A stretch of 64,000 nt of DNA, from IMG/VR virus record IMGVR_UViG_3300009506_000012, positions 1 to 64,000 of that record; one strand, given 5' to 3'. Position 1 is the first letter of the stretch. Every line of letters starts with the position of its first letter. Made by a program: the position numbers and the translations under genes. Below are positions 44,674 to 54,140 of this stretch, piece by piece. This DNA comes from a virus. The notes beneath the pieces were generated by a model. That model was not told the DNA's origin, did no database searches, and was given only the letters and a program-made list of their open reading frames with translations.

Positions 44674-47600
44674 ATGCCCTACACGGTTCCAAATCCTACA
44701 ACCGATCAATTCAGGACTTATCTTGAAAACCTTCTGAAAACATTTGATAAAACCTATCAGGTTCAATATGTGCCTCCACAGAAGGATGCCGGCAATAGCG
44801 ATATTGAAGGAACGGATTTTTTCAACATCACAAAAAAATCCTCCAACAATGCTGGTGTTCTCAAGACTAACCTCAAGATAAACTTGGGACATGAGTCTCG
44901 TTTTAGAACGACCTACGGTGGACAGACTCCCCAGCAATTTGAACGTGCCCCGGAAATCCTAACGGGTTCCGGGCAAAGTGCTTATACCGTTGGTGGCTCC
45001 TGGGCTTCAGTGGCCACGGTTGTCGATCAGCCTGGCGGGAAATCTGATATTGATATCAGGCATGATTTGCGCTCTCCAATAGAAAGCCTGGCCACTTTGA
45101 TCAGCACTGGTTTTTCAGATGTCGAAAAAGAAAACCGGTTCAATCCCGGAGCTGTTACGGGTGATGTAACCAGCAAGATTATGAATCTGCTATCCACAGG
45201 TTCCAGTGAACACAGTGATTTTGCGGTCCCTGCCGGCGCTTTGATGACAACAACTGGAATTGATGTAGATGCTGTTCGCAGAAAAGCCGCTCAAGCCATT
45301 CAGCTCGTAAATAGCTACGACCCTACTGGCACCGCAGAGGTAGGGCAGTTTGCACAACGAGAGGCGATAGCCAAGGCGCGTGAAAACATGATGCGTCTTA
45401 GCATTCCTGTACCTGGCCGGGGAGGAAAGCCAATTGATTCCTTTTTCAAAGAAGCTGGGTATGCTCCCGATCGCGCACAGGCTGACCGCCTTGTCGCATT
45501 ATCACAGGCTTCTCGGGTTGTCCGTGATGCTCTTGGTCAGCCAACAGATACTGAAATCTATCTGCCTTCTCCGAAGATAGCCAAACACATGACTATTTTG
45601 AGTTCTGGTCGTCAACAAGCATCTTTACTTGGTGAAGATTATCAACCTATTGCGCCAAAGATGATCACAGGACGTGTACCAACATCCGGATACAGAATGA
45701 CAACCGCTGATGTTGGAGGCAGAATTCCTGAAAAGTCTCTAGTGCTTGGAACAATGTTTTCGCCTCAATATCCTATTCCGGGTGCAGGAATGTATTTTCC
45801 GGAAACTGTAGATGCCAATGTGAAATCAGGTGGCTACAAGGCTACTCAAAGTTTTGGAGTAACTCGGAATGTCAAGGATCTTCTTACCGATAAAACCCAG
45901 CTTAATTTACAGCAACAAACCGGAAATGTAATCCCATCTTCTCTGAATTATGACGTTTTCTCAATGCGTACTAAAGAGATGAAAAAGTCTGATCCGGATA
46001 TTATGTTACAGCAACGAGCAGGCACACATTCTTTTGCCGTTGGAAATCAGCAATTGCGTATTCCCAGATATTACACGGCTGAAGGAATCGGAGCCAGCTA
46101 CGATAAGCAGATGCTTCGCAAGAAACAACTTCAAGAGGTGACCCCGGCAGAGATTGAAGCACTTTCAAAACGCCTGGGCGTGAATGTTGTTCCAGACGCA
46201 ACCATTGAAGAAGTCCTCTTAGAGATGGAAGGCCAAAAACTAGTTGGTGGCAAGTTTGCCATTGAGGGTGTCAAATCAGATATCACCCCTTATACCGGCA
46301 CTCCAACTTTTTCAGCTGGTGGCAAGGAAAGAGCCATCAGCGCAGTAACCTGGGAATCCAAGCAAATGCTGGAAACCTTTACAGGTAGCCTTGGGGCTAT
46401 TTCTCCTACAGCCCAATATGGAATCCTGAATGAATATCAAAAATCGCTTACGGCTTCAGGGGATACGGATATGGCCGCGAACGTTCGTGCCGTCATCAAA
46501 CAGCAAAAGGCATTGAGGAGAGAGGATCCTACAGCCAGGCTTGATCTTCAAGCAGCTGCAAATCAAATAGCAGGAACTGCAACGGATGCACCTGTACATG
46601 GATTGTCCAGAGATATCTTTCAGCGTGTATTTCTGGGAGGCTCTAAGGTACAAGATTTTGCAGGTATGAATGAGGCAGACCTATCTGCGTTTGCCCAATC
46701 TGATCTGAATGTTCGCAATCTGAAAAAATTCGGTATGGGATGGGTATCTCCCGAAATGAGCAATCCCATAACAACCATGTGGGACAGAAGCCAGGTCGAG
46801 GCTTTGTTCACTGGATACCGTCAGGGAAGTAATGTACCTGAAGCTGAATTACGTGCGCGGTTTGGGCGTCAATATGGTTTTGATTTTTCAAATGCAAAAG
46901 GTGACCAGATTGCACAGACGTTCAGGCCTAGTGGGTTTTACATGCCAGCGATTGCCGGTCCATCTGTGGAGTTTTCCGGAGGCGGCACACTTGGTTCCGA
47001 AGAAACGCAAATCCTTTCAGCGATTGCACCAGGCTTTGCAAACCGTCTGGGCGCTAATGCAGAAGGACTGACCCGGCGTGATCCTGTGCGTTGGGCTCAA
47101 CGTCAGATCGCACATATCGCCGCTACTGAAATGGATCGGGGCGAGGGTAAGTACACCAAGATTGATAATGCGCTTCAGATTGGCACAGAACAGGCGACCA
47201 AAATGTGGGCAGATCCGGAGTTTCGTGCCTTGCTTGGAGATGAGGCCGGTGATTTAGCTGGAATGAAACGCTTTGAAGAAAAGCTGAAAAGTTTCTTTCC
47301 GGGCTCAGAGGATTTGAACCGCAGGCCTATTACCTTTGAAGCTGCCCCAGGTCGTTACCTTCCATCAACCAGGGCAATTTCTGCTTTAGCTACTGAAAGT
47401 TCGGCAACTATGCGAGGCGGCATAAGAACAGGTGAGGATGTTACACGTTCTTGGAATATGTTCCAGAGCGCTTTTTCCCAGGCTGTCACTTCGCAGATCA
47501 ACGAGGACCCGACTGGTTTGCTTGAGGGTACCCAGAATCTAACATCGCATTTTATGAGACAGTTTGGCCTCCCTGAAGGCGGCAAGCGTGATGTTATCAA

Positions 47601-50600
47601 GAAAATGATGGGAAGCGAAATCGGTGTTGCTTCAGGTCACTATGCTTTCTGGAATGAACTTAAACAAAACGAGGTTTATGCCAGTAAAGAGAAATACATG
47701 GAAGCAATCCGTAAAGAGCTTTCAGCCCAGGGACTTGATACCCCCGAACGACCATTATCCAATCAAGAAGTAGAACAGGTCTACAACATGATTGCAGGTC
47801 TGCCTTCAGAGGTTGGAACTGCGCCTAATGATGTGCGAACCAAAGGGTTACCCGGTGTGGTGGCTCGCTGGCCTATTGTAGCCGGTGAGGAATCCATGCT
47901 GGGAATGCGCTTTGTCACCCCGGAGCATCTACAGCGTTCGGGCCGGCAGGCACCTGTTGAGGCCGGTATGGGAAACCTTCACTGGCGAATCGGTGTTGGG
48001 CCGTCCAGTATTATGCAGGGTGACTTCGATCTTGACTACATGCTTGGTTTGATGGGGCTGACCGGAACAAGAGATGAAAGTGGCAAGCTGGATGTGAGTT
48101 TCGCAGCCTATAATAGAAACGGCAGGCTCGGAAAAGATATAAGTGCGCTTGTCAATCGAACACAGCAAATGAGCTATGAGACTATTCAGAGGATCCTTTA
48201 TCCATCTAAAAATGCTCAACAGCAATTCGACCCAATTTTCCAGGCATTCCAGGATAGAGATAAAACAGGTACGCTTGGGCCAATGCAACAAGTGGCAAGA
48301 AATCTGATTGGCGAACAGTTTGGAAAATCAGGCTGGCAGCCTTACGGCCATCTGTTAGACAGCGTGGCTACATATGGGGGAGCCAAAATGATGATGGGTA
48401 CTTCTTATAACTTCACTCGTGCGCTCGAAGCAGCAGCCGGTGTAGGCGGCTGGTCAACTGAGGGAATCATGCAGGGACGTAGAGGCAGGGCACAGATCTA
48501 TCAACCTCACCTTGATCTTCAGACATCCCAGGCTGCACCGATGGTTCGTATGTATCAGTCATCCTTCTTGGCCGAGGGCAAGGGTGGCAAACTGGGATTG
48601 GGCTTTGGTACCGATGTGGCTGGGTATGGATTGCAGTTCATGAAAAATGCCGGCAAGATCATGAATCTGAGCGAGGATAATACCAGTCGCATTATTACCA
48701 TGCTGGCAGGTAGTGCCATTACTCCTACAACAGCCGGTGAGCTTCCATCTCCGGAAATGCTTGGGTATGCTTTCTCTCCGGAAGAAGGTAGGGTAAATAC
48801 TGCTCCTGAAGATATGCAGACTTCACTGGACCTGTTCACAAAATGGAAAAATGCAGAACGCCACCCAGAGAATGCTGCCGAATACAATAAACGCGCAGAT
48901 TACGAGGAGGCTTACATGAGAACAACCGGCCTCGCTGACGTACTTCAGGCACCCTATAACATGGAGGGCACCACAGATGAAAGAGCTACTGCCATGCAAC
49001 ACACTCTTTCCCAGTGGATGAAATATAACTATTACGGCACGAAAGAAGGCCGTGAAACAGCCTTGCAGGGCAACTTCATTACAGCCATGTTCTCGAAGTC
49101 TTATGCAAAGAAACAGGAAAAGGAACCAGGATGGACACCTCCACTCGACTTCAGGACTTCGAAACTCGGTTCACGGATGATGGGCAAAGCCAATATCCAG
49201 GCACCTCTTTTCAATATGATGAAAGGCGGTTTATCTTCCGGACGCACCTTGCGCCGTCTGCTGAACTCCATAGGACAGACATCCGGTCTGACAAGTTGGG
49301 CAACCGGCAATCTTCAGGCTCTTGGTTTTGGAACGGACGAGACTATCTTCCCGCAATCACAGGTATCCGCTTCGGGTAACGTGCGATCTACCGGGCCGAA
49401 CGGTGAACCGATTATCGTCAGTCCAGAAATGGAACGTCTATGGGCTAAAGACTGGGCACGTATGAAAAACAAAGGTCTCTACGAGGGCAACTTTGGTCAA
49501 TACATAGAAGAACGCAAGGCAGACCTGGCTAGGCTAAACACATCTTTTGCAGGAAAGCCTGTGGATCAAGCAAGAGTAAATCCGGAAACAAAAGACATCG
49601 AAGGTGGCTTCGAGAATATTCCCATGGTGGATTTCGATGCCATCAATAATGCACAACCAGAACCAGAACAAACGCAAACTACTACTACACAACCCGAACA
49701 AACTACTGCAAAACCACAACAAAAAACGCCAAAACCACAACAGCCCAGTAGTACCCAAAAACCGCAACCTGGTGGTACACAGCCTCCCAATAAACAACCA
49801 CCCGGAGGAGGAACGTCTACTCCAGTAAGCCCCACCACCCCACCCTCTGGTACTCCCCCACCCAGAGCGCCGCAGGATGCTTCTCAGAACACCAAGTTTC
49901 CTGGTCTACCTGCCAACAGTATTCCGACTGAACAGGCACAAGAGTACATCGGCAAGTTTAGAGAGTACATGCCAAATATCACACAAGCAGCTGGCGCAAT
50001 TCAGTCAGAACTTGGCGCTATTACTGGGGCAACCCCTGGACCAATGGGTGTGTACGAAGCTATGGCGCAACTTCCTGAAGAACAGCGCATGGAAATCCTG
50101 AAAAAGTATCAGGAACCGGCGCGTCAGGCTCAGGAGCTGATGGGACTTGCGAAAAAGGTTTATCCAAATCTTGAGAAGAACGTGATCGACCCGGCTGTAC
50201 TCAGGCAGTTCGGTATGTCCGGAGCTGATCTGCGCATCATGTCTGAAGATACTCTGCTCACCAACAATCCAGTTGGGCAGAACCTGGTTGACCTTGGTGG
50301 TCTGACGGGTGTTCCGGGGTTTGAAACCTTGAAAAAGCGTGGAGGTACCACAGCCGCATCCGGTCAGGTTAGTGCAAATATTGCTCAGATCCATTTCCAG
50401 GAATTGGGCGAAATTACAAAGAAGCTAACTGAGAATTTTGAGAACCTATCAAAAGGTCAAATCAAACATAGCGATGCCCTGAAGGAAGAAACCAAACTCC
50501 TTGAACAGCGTGAACAGGCCAGGCAAAAACAAGCGTTATCAGAGAAAGCTGCTCCACTAGTGGAGCAAGGCTTACTCGAGCCTGAAATCACGGCCACCAA

Positions 50601-53600
50601 ACGAGGAAAACCGCAAATCTCGTACAAGCGTACTGACAAACCAATTCCTCAAGAAATGTATAAGGCTTCCCAGGCTTATGATGAACAGCTTCTGAAAACT
50701 GAAGGTCTTGGTGGGACAGAAGGCCAGGATAGATTGATCGGTGGTGTACGTCCGAGTTTCATGCGCCGGGTGCTGGGTGGCTTTGGACTCATGTACATGC
50801 GTTCATTAGGCAATATCATTACAGGTGGGTTAGGGTATGGCCAACAAGAGCGCACAAACATGGAGCAAGTATTCGGAGCCTCAGCTGGTGGAATGGCTGG
50901 CATTGGATATACTCCTCAGAATCAGGCGCAAGTGCTTCAGAATCGGATGGCGCTGGGTGGCCAGGCTTATAACCCTATGCTTGGATTGCAGATGGCAAGA
51001 GCGCAATCTCCACTACTTCAGGATATTTCAGCAGCTGGTGGTGCTGGACTTGGTACTTATGCCCTGTTACAACAGGCTGCTCTTTGGGGTGGTGAAGGAT
51101 CCATATTCCAACAAATAGCCAATGGCGGTTTATCTGCTTTTGGTGGTCGATTGAATATCGGTGCAGGGACTGTGGTTGGCGGTGCAGTTGGCGCTTCGTT
51201 GCTGGCGCAAGGATATGCCAAGTCTCAAGATACTGAAGGCCTTGCTTACCGATGGGGTACTGGGAATGCCTTCTCAAAGATCACAGGCTTGACCGATACT
51301 CTTGGTCGAATTGGAGCTGGCCAGGCATTTACAGGTGATATCTATCAACGCGGTGCTACATATCGAATGCTTCAGGAAAACCTGCAACGTCCTGAAGGAA
51401 TGACCACTCAAGGTGTTATGGATTGGGTTACAGAGCAGGGTCTTGGTGGTCAGAAGTATGTTGATGCCGGGACTCCGGAAGGTCAGGCATGGTATGGCCA
51501 GGCAACACAAAAACTATTGCTTGACCAAAACCCCGAATTTGCTCCTGAAACAATTGCGGCAACTTATCAGTTCATGCAACGGAACCAGATGAACCTGAAA
51601 GACTTTGGGACAATTGCATCCCAATTTCAGACAGGGTATACAGAAGAATCTGTTTCATCGATGCTCAAGGGTTTTGGAATGAGCATGGGGCAACAACTTT
51701 CGCAAACTGAGAATTGGGCTGGCGGGAATGCGCCTACCAATTTAGGTGTTGCTTACATGCAGACGCTTGGCATGATCAACCAAAACAACGCGCCGCAATT
51801 CCAGGCCGGTCTTGAGTATATGGGTCAGCTTGGATTTGCCCCGCAAATAATGCAACAACAGCAAGGATTGAGCAATCAAGAAATGGTCAACCAGGTCTTA
51901 CAGTGGGGAGGCCAGGGAGCTATGCAGGGTGGTTTGTACGCACAACGAGCGCAGGCCTATCAGCAAGGTGCCTTTATGGGTTGGAATGTTCAGGCTCCGG
52001 AAGCACCTCCTGAAAATCTGACACCCGAGCAGTTCGGTCAGGGGATGTATGAGTCCCAGAAGCAATCCCAGAAGATGATGCAAATCGAGCAGATTGCTAA
52101 CCAGTTCTCATCCAATTTCGGATGGAGTGGTGAACAGCGTCAGGGTTTCCTGGGTGACATGGAAAGTTTCTACAAGTCCGGACGCTTCAATGCTTATTAT
52201 GCTGATGTTCTGGGTGGCGCTTCCCAGATGAATCCTTATGCCATGACTCAGCTGTATACCCAACAACAGCCAGGCGGGGCACTGGCCGGTATTGGACCAC
52301 AGATACAACCATGGCAGGTCACCAAAGATATTTGGGGGCCAGGTGCGGGAGAGTTGGCAGGTAAAGCCGTGAACCTGCCAGCTTTCACCGTGTCCGGAGG
52401 AACACACCCACAATTCCAGGCATTGTCTGAAATGCTTGGACCTGATTTCATGCAACAATTGCTTGGCACCGATGCCGGGAATGCCTTTGTCAATGGGTAT
52501 CAGATGGAAGGCACGAACATGCCGGCTGTGGCTGGTCTTATGGGATATCAGATGCAACAAGCTGATAAACAGTGGGATTTGCGTCAAGCACAAATGGGTA
52601 TTTCAGATCGAGGCAATCAGCTTCAGATGGAATATCTTCCCAAGATATGGAATATTCAAGATCAAATGCGTGACCTTGGATATCGTCATCAGATGTTCCA
52701 GTTTGGTCAGCAAGAAAAACAGATTGCCATGCAAGCCGGTCAATTCTATGAAAACATAGGCCTCAGCGAGTATCAGTCCCAGCTTCAGCGTGGATGGACC
52801 CAACAGGATTGGGCATTCAATTCCGAAACCAGAGCGATGCAACACGGATGGCGAGTAGAGGACTTCGAGGAACAACGCCGCTTTATGACTGGTCGTCAGC
52901 GCCGGTTGGCTGAACGCCAAATGGAACGCGAGAACATCACCTATGGTCGTGAGGGTGAACAGATCGACCGTCAGCAAGAACGGCAAAAAGAACTTTGGGC
53001 ACTTGAGGATGAGCGCTTCCAGATGCAGAAGGACCATTATGAAGAACAGCGTCAGATGCAGGAAGAATCTCTCAAGGAAAACAAGAAGTATTATGAGCAG
53101 AACTTTGAACTTCAGAAAAAGCTAACTGATCTTCAGCGCGAATTGACCATGAAGCAGCTGGAACTTCAGAAAGAATCTCTTGAACTTCAGAAACAAATTG
53201 CTGAAGAACAACACAAGATGCAACAAGTACAGCAGGCTATCCAGTTACTAATGCTTCAAAATCAGACCAAGCTAGAGGACAGCCAGCAAATCTTTGGTGG
53301 CATCAGTGAGGAGATGCGCACCCTGTTCGAGGATTGGGCTGATGTTATTGGCAACGGCGGTTCGGGCTCCGGAGGTTATACCAATTACACTGTATACGGA
53401 TCCGGAGGTGCTAGCGGTACTATCAATAGTGGTGTCCGTCCGGAAGGAAGTAGCGGCGGCATGCAGATGGCCGAGGGTGGCGACTTCTGGGTGGGAGAAA
53501 ACGGTCCGGAACTGCTCAGTGTTGGTATGGATGGTCCAACTACCAGGATGCGAGGACGCATTCAACCTACCAAATACGATCCTTGGGGTTCTACAGCGAT

Positions 53601-53709
53601 AGATTCAAAACCCTCTTTCAAAGAAACCAAAGAGCAGACCATTGTTGTGCAGATTGGCAACGAGGAAATCAAGCGCTTTGTTGTCAGAACAGTAGAGGAT
53701 GACTTGTAA
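44674..53709 (+). CDS. Tape measure protein with N-terminal two-barrel RNA polymerase-like region
   Basis: After chaperones; C-terminal coiled coil and MAEGG...VGENGPEL tape-measure motif; GGKFAIEGVK (K527, K534), RWP (R1065), DFDLD (1117-1121); P/Q/T linker near aa 1660-1740. Confidence 0.8.
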   Translation: MPYTVPNPTTDQFRTYLENLLKTFDKTYQVQYVPPQKDAGNSDIEGTDFFNITKKSSNNAGVLKTNLKINLGHESRFRTTYGGQTPQQFERAPEILTGSGQSAYTVGGSWASVATVVDQPGGKSDIDIRHDLRSPIESLATLISTGFSDVEKENRFNPGAVTGDVTSKIMNLLSTGSSEHSDFAVPAGALMTTTGIDVDAVRRKAAQAIQLVNSYDPTGTAEVGQFAQREAIAKARENMMRLSIPVPGRGGKPIDSFFKEAGYAPDRAQADRLVALSQASRVVRDALGQPTDTEIYLPSPKIAKHMTILSSGRQQASLLGEDYQPIAPKMITGRVPTSGYRMTTADVGGRIPEKSLVLGTMFSPQYPIPGAGMYFPETVDANVKSGGYKATQSFGVTRNVKDLLTDKTQLNLQQQTGNVIPSSLNYDVFSMRTKEMKKSDPDIMLQQRAGTHSFAVGNQQLRIPRYYTAEGIGASYDKQMLRKKQLQEVTPAEIEALSKRLGVNVVPDATIEEVLLEMEGQKLVGGKFAIEGVKSDITPYTGTPTFSAGGKERAISAVTWESKQMLETFTGSLGAISPTAQYGILNEYQKSLTASGDTDMAANVRAVIKQQKALRREDPTARLDLQAAANQIAGTATDAPVHGLSRDIFQRVFLGGSKVQDFAGMNEADLSAFAQSDLNVRNLKKFGMGWVSPEMSNPITTMWDRSQVEALFTGYRQGSNVPEAELRARFGRQYGFDFSNAKGDQIAQTFRPSGFYMPAIAGPSVEFSGGGTLGSEETQILSAIAPGFANRLGANAEGLTRRDPVRWAQRQIAHIAATEMDRGEGKYTKIDNALQIGTEQATKMWADPEFRALLGDEAGDLAGMKRFEEKLKSFFPGSEDLNRRPITFEAAPGRYLPSTRAISALATESSATMRGGIRTGEDVTRSWNMFQSAFSQAVTSQINEDPTGLLEGTQNLTSHFMRQFGLPEGGKRDVIKKMMGSEIGVASGHYAFWNELKQNEVYASKEKYMEAIRKELSAQGLDTPERPLSNQEVEQVYNMIAGLPSEVGTAPNDVRTKGLPGVVARWPIVAGEESMLGMRFVTPEHLQRSGRQAPVEAGMGNLHWRIGVGPSSIMQGDFDLDYMLGLMGLTGTRDESGKLDVSFAAYNRNGRLGKDISALVNRTQQMSYETIQRILYPSKNAQQQFDPIFQAFQDRDKTGTLGPMQQVARNLIGEQFGKSGWQPYGHLLDSVATYGGAKMMMGTSYNFTRALEAAAGVGGWSTEGIMQGRRGRAQIYQPHLDLQTSQAAPMVRMYQSSFLAEGKGGKLGLGFGTDVAGYGLQFMKNAGKIMNLSEDNTSRIITMLAGSAITPTTAGELPSPEMLGYAFSPEEGRVNTAPEDMQTSLDLFTKWKNAERHPENAAEYNKRADYEEAYMRTTGLADVLQAPYNMEGTTDERATAMQHTLSQWMKYNYYGTKEGRETALQGNFITAMFSKSYAKKQEKEPGWTPPLDFRTSKLGSRMMGKANIQAPLFNMMKGGLSSGRTLRRLLNSIGQTSGLTSWATGNLQALGFGTDETIFPQSQVSASGNVRSTGPNGEPIIVSPEMERLWAKDWARMKNKGLYEGNFGQYIEERKADLARLNTSFAGKPVDQARVNPETKDIEGGFENIPMVDFDAINNAQPEPEQTQTTTTQPEQTTAKPQQKTPKPQQPSSTQKPQPGGTQPPNKQPPGGGTSTPVSPTTPPSGTPPPRAPQDASQNTKFPGLPANSIPTEQAQEYIGKFREYMPNITQAAGAIQSELGAITGATPGPMGVYEAMAQLPEEQRMEILKKYQEPARQAQELMGLAKKVYPNLEKNVIDPAVLRQFGMSGADLRIMSEDTLLTNNPVGQNLVDLGGLTGVPGFETLKKRGGTTAASGQVSANIAQIHFQELGEITKKLTENFENLSKGQIKHSDALKEETKLLEQREQARQKQALSEKAAPLVEQGLLEPEITATKRGKPQISYKRTDKPIPQEMYKASQAYDEQLLKTEGLGGTEGQDRLIGGVRPSFMRRVLGGFGLMYMRSLGNIITGGLGYGQQERTNMEQVFGASAGGMAGIGYTPQNQAQVLQNRMALGGQAYNPMLGLQMARAQSPLLQDISAAGGAGLGTYALLQQAALWGGEGSIFQQIANGGLSAFGGRLNIGAGTVVGGAVGASLLAQGYAKSQDTEGLAYRWGTGNAFSKITGLTDTLGRIGAGQAFTGDIYQRGATYRMLQENLQRPEGMTTQGVMDWVTEQGLGGQKYVDAGTPEGQAWYGQATQKLLLDQNPEFAPETIAATYQFMQRNQMNLKDFGTIASQFQTGYTEESVSSMLKGFGMSMGQQLSQTENWAGGNAPTNLGVAYMQTLGMINQNNAPQFQAGLEYMGQLGFAPQIMQQQQGLSNQEMVNQVLQWGGQGAMQGGLYAQRAQAYQQGAFMGWNVQAPEAPPENLTPEQFGQGMYESQKQSQKMMQIEQIANQFSSNFGWSGEQRQGFLGDMESFYKSGRFNAYYADVLGGASQMNPYAMTQLYTQQQPGGALAGIGPQIQPWQVTKDIWGPGAGELAGKAVNLPAFTVSGGTHPQFQALSEMLGPDFMQQLLGTDAGNAFVNGYQMEGTNMPAVAGLMGYQMQQADKQWDLRQAQMGISDRGNQLQMEYLPKIWNIQDQMRDLGYRHQMFQFGQQEKQIAMQAGQFYENIGLSEYQSQLQRGWTQQDWAFNSETRAMQHGWRVEDFEEQRRFMTGRQRRLAERQMERENITYGREGEQIDRQQERQKELWALEDERFQMQKDHYEEQRQMQEESLKENKKYYEQNFELQKKLTDLQRELTMKQLELQKESLELQKQIAEEQHKMQQVQQAIQLLMLQNQTKLEDSQQIFGGISEEMRTLFEDWADVIGNGGSGSGGYTNYTVYGSGGASGTINSGVRPEGSSGGMQMAEGGDFWVGENGPELLSVGMDGPTTRMRGRIQPTKYDPWGSTAIDSKPSFKETKEQTIVVQIGNEEIKRFVVRTVEDDL
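50550..50567. promoter_or_regulatory. GCTCCAC-N-GTGGAGC palindrome, copy 7 (intragenic)
   Basis: TGCTCCACTAGTGGAGCA identical to copy 3. Confidence 0.6.
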
Positions 53710-54140
53710 TGGCTACTAATCGATATATCACTTTACAAGACAGTGAACTATCCGTGGTGAAACGCTTCAAATCCATAGGGCTTCGAACTCCATGGCAACG
53801 CACCGACAATTTCAGAGTCACGCTTGGTGGTGATATTGATAAGGTTGCTGGAACTATCTTGTATGCTTATCAATATGTCTTGCGTGTTCCTGCTGAAGTT
53901 GATGATCTGAACTACGGAACGCTTGACGATCTAAAGTCCTTGTTTGTTTTGAACAATCCGAATGGTACTCCGAACGATATCATTACACTGATTGATCACT
54001 ATGGAGATTCCCACACGGTCCTTTTCAACGAGGATGTTACCCCGGAGCCTTTGACAACTATGCTTGAAGGCTACAATGCCTGGTTTATTGTGCCAATTTC
54101 TTTCGTTGAAATATTTTTAGCCGGAGGAAGCGGTTCATGA
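53709..54140 (+). CDS. Distal tail protein-like
   Basis: 143 aa directly after tape measure; ends AGGSGS. Confidence 0.65.
   Translation: MATNRYITLQDSELSVVKRFKSIGLRTPWQRTDNFRVTLGGDIDKVAGTILYAYQYVLRVPAEVDDLNYGTLDDLKSLFVLNNPNGTPNDIITLIDHYGDSHTVLFNEDVTPEPLTTMLEGYNAWFIVPISFVEIFLAGGSGS

Noticed and set aside
49650-49880. Low-complexity C/A-rich DNA as a repeat element
   Set aside because: Explained by a P/Q/T-rich protein linker
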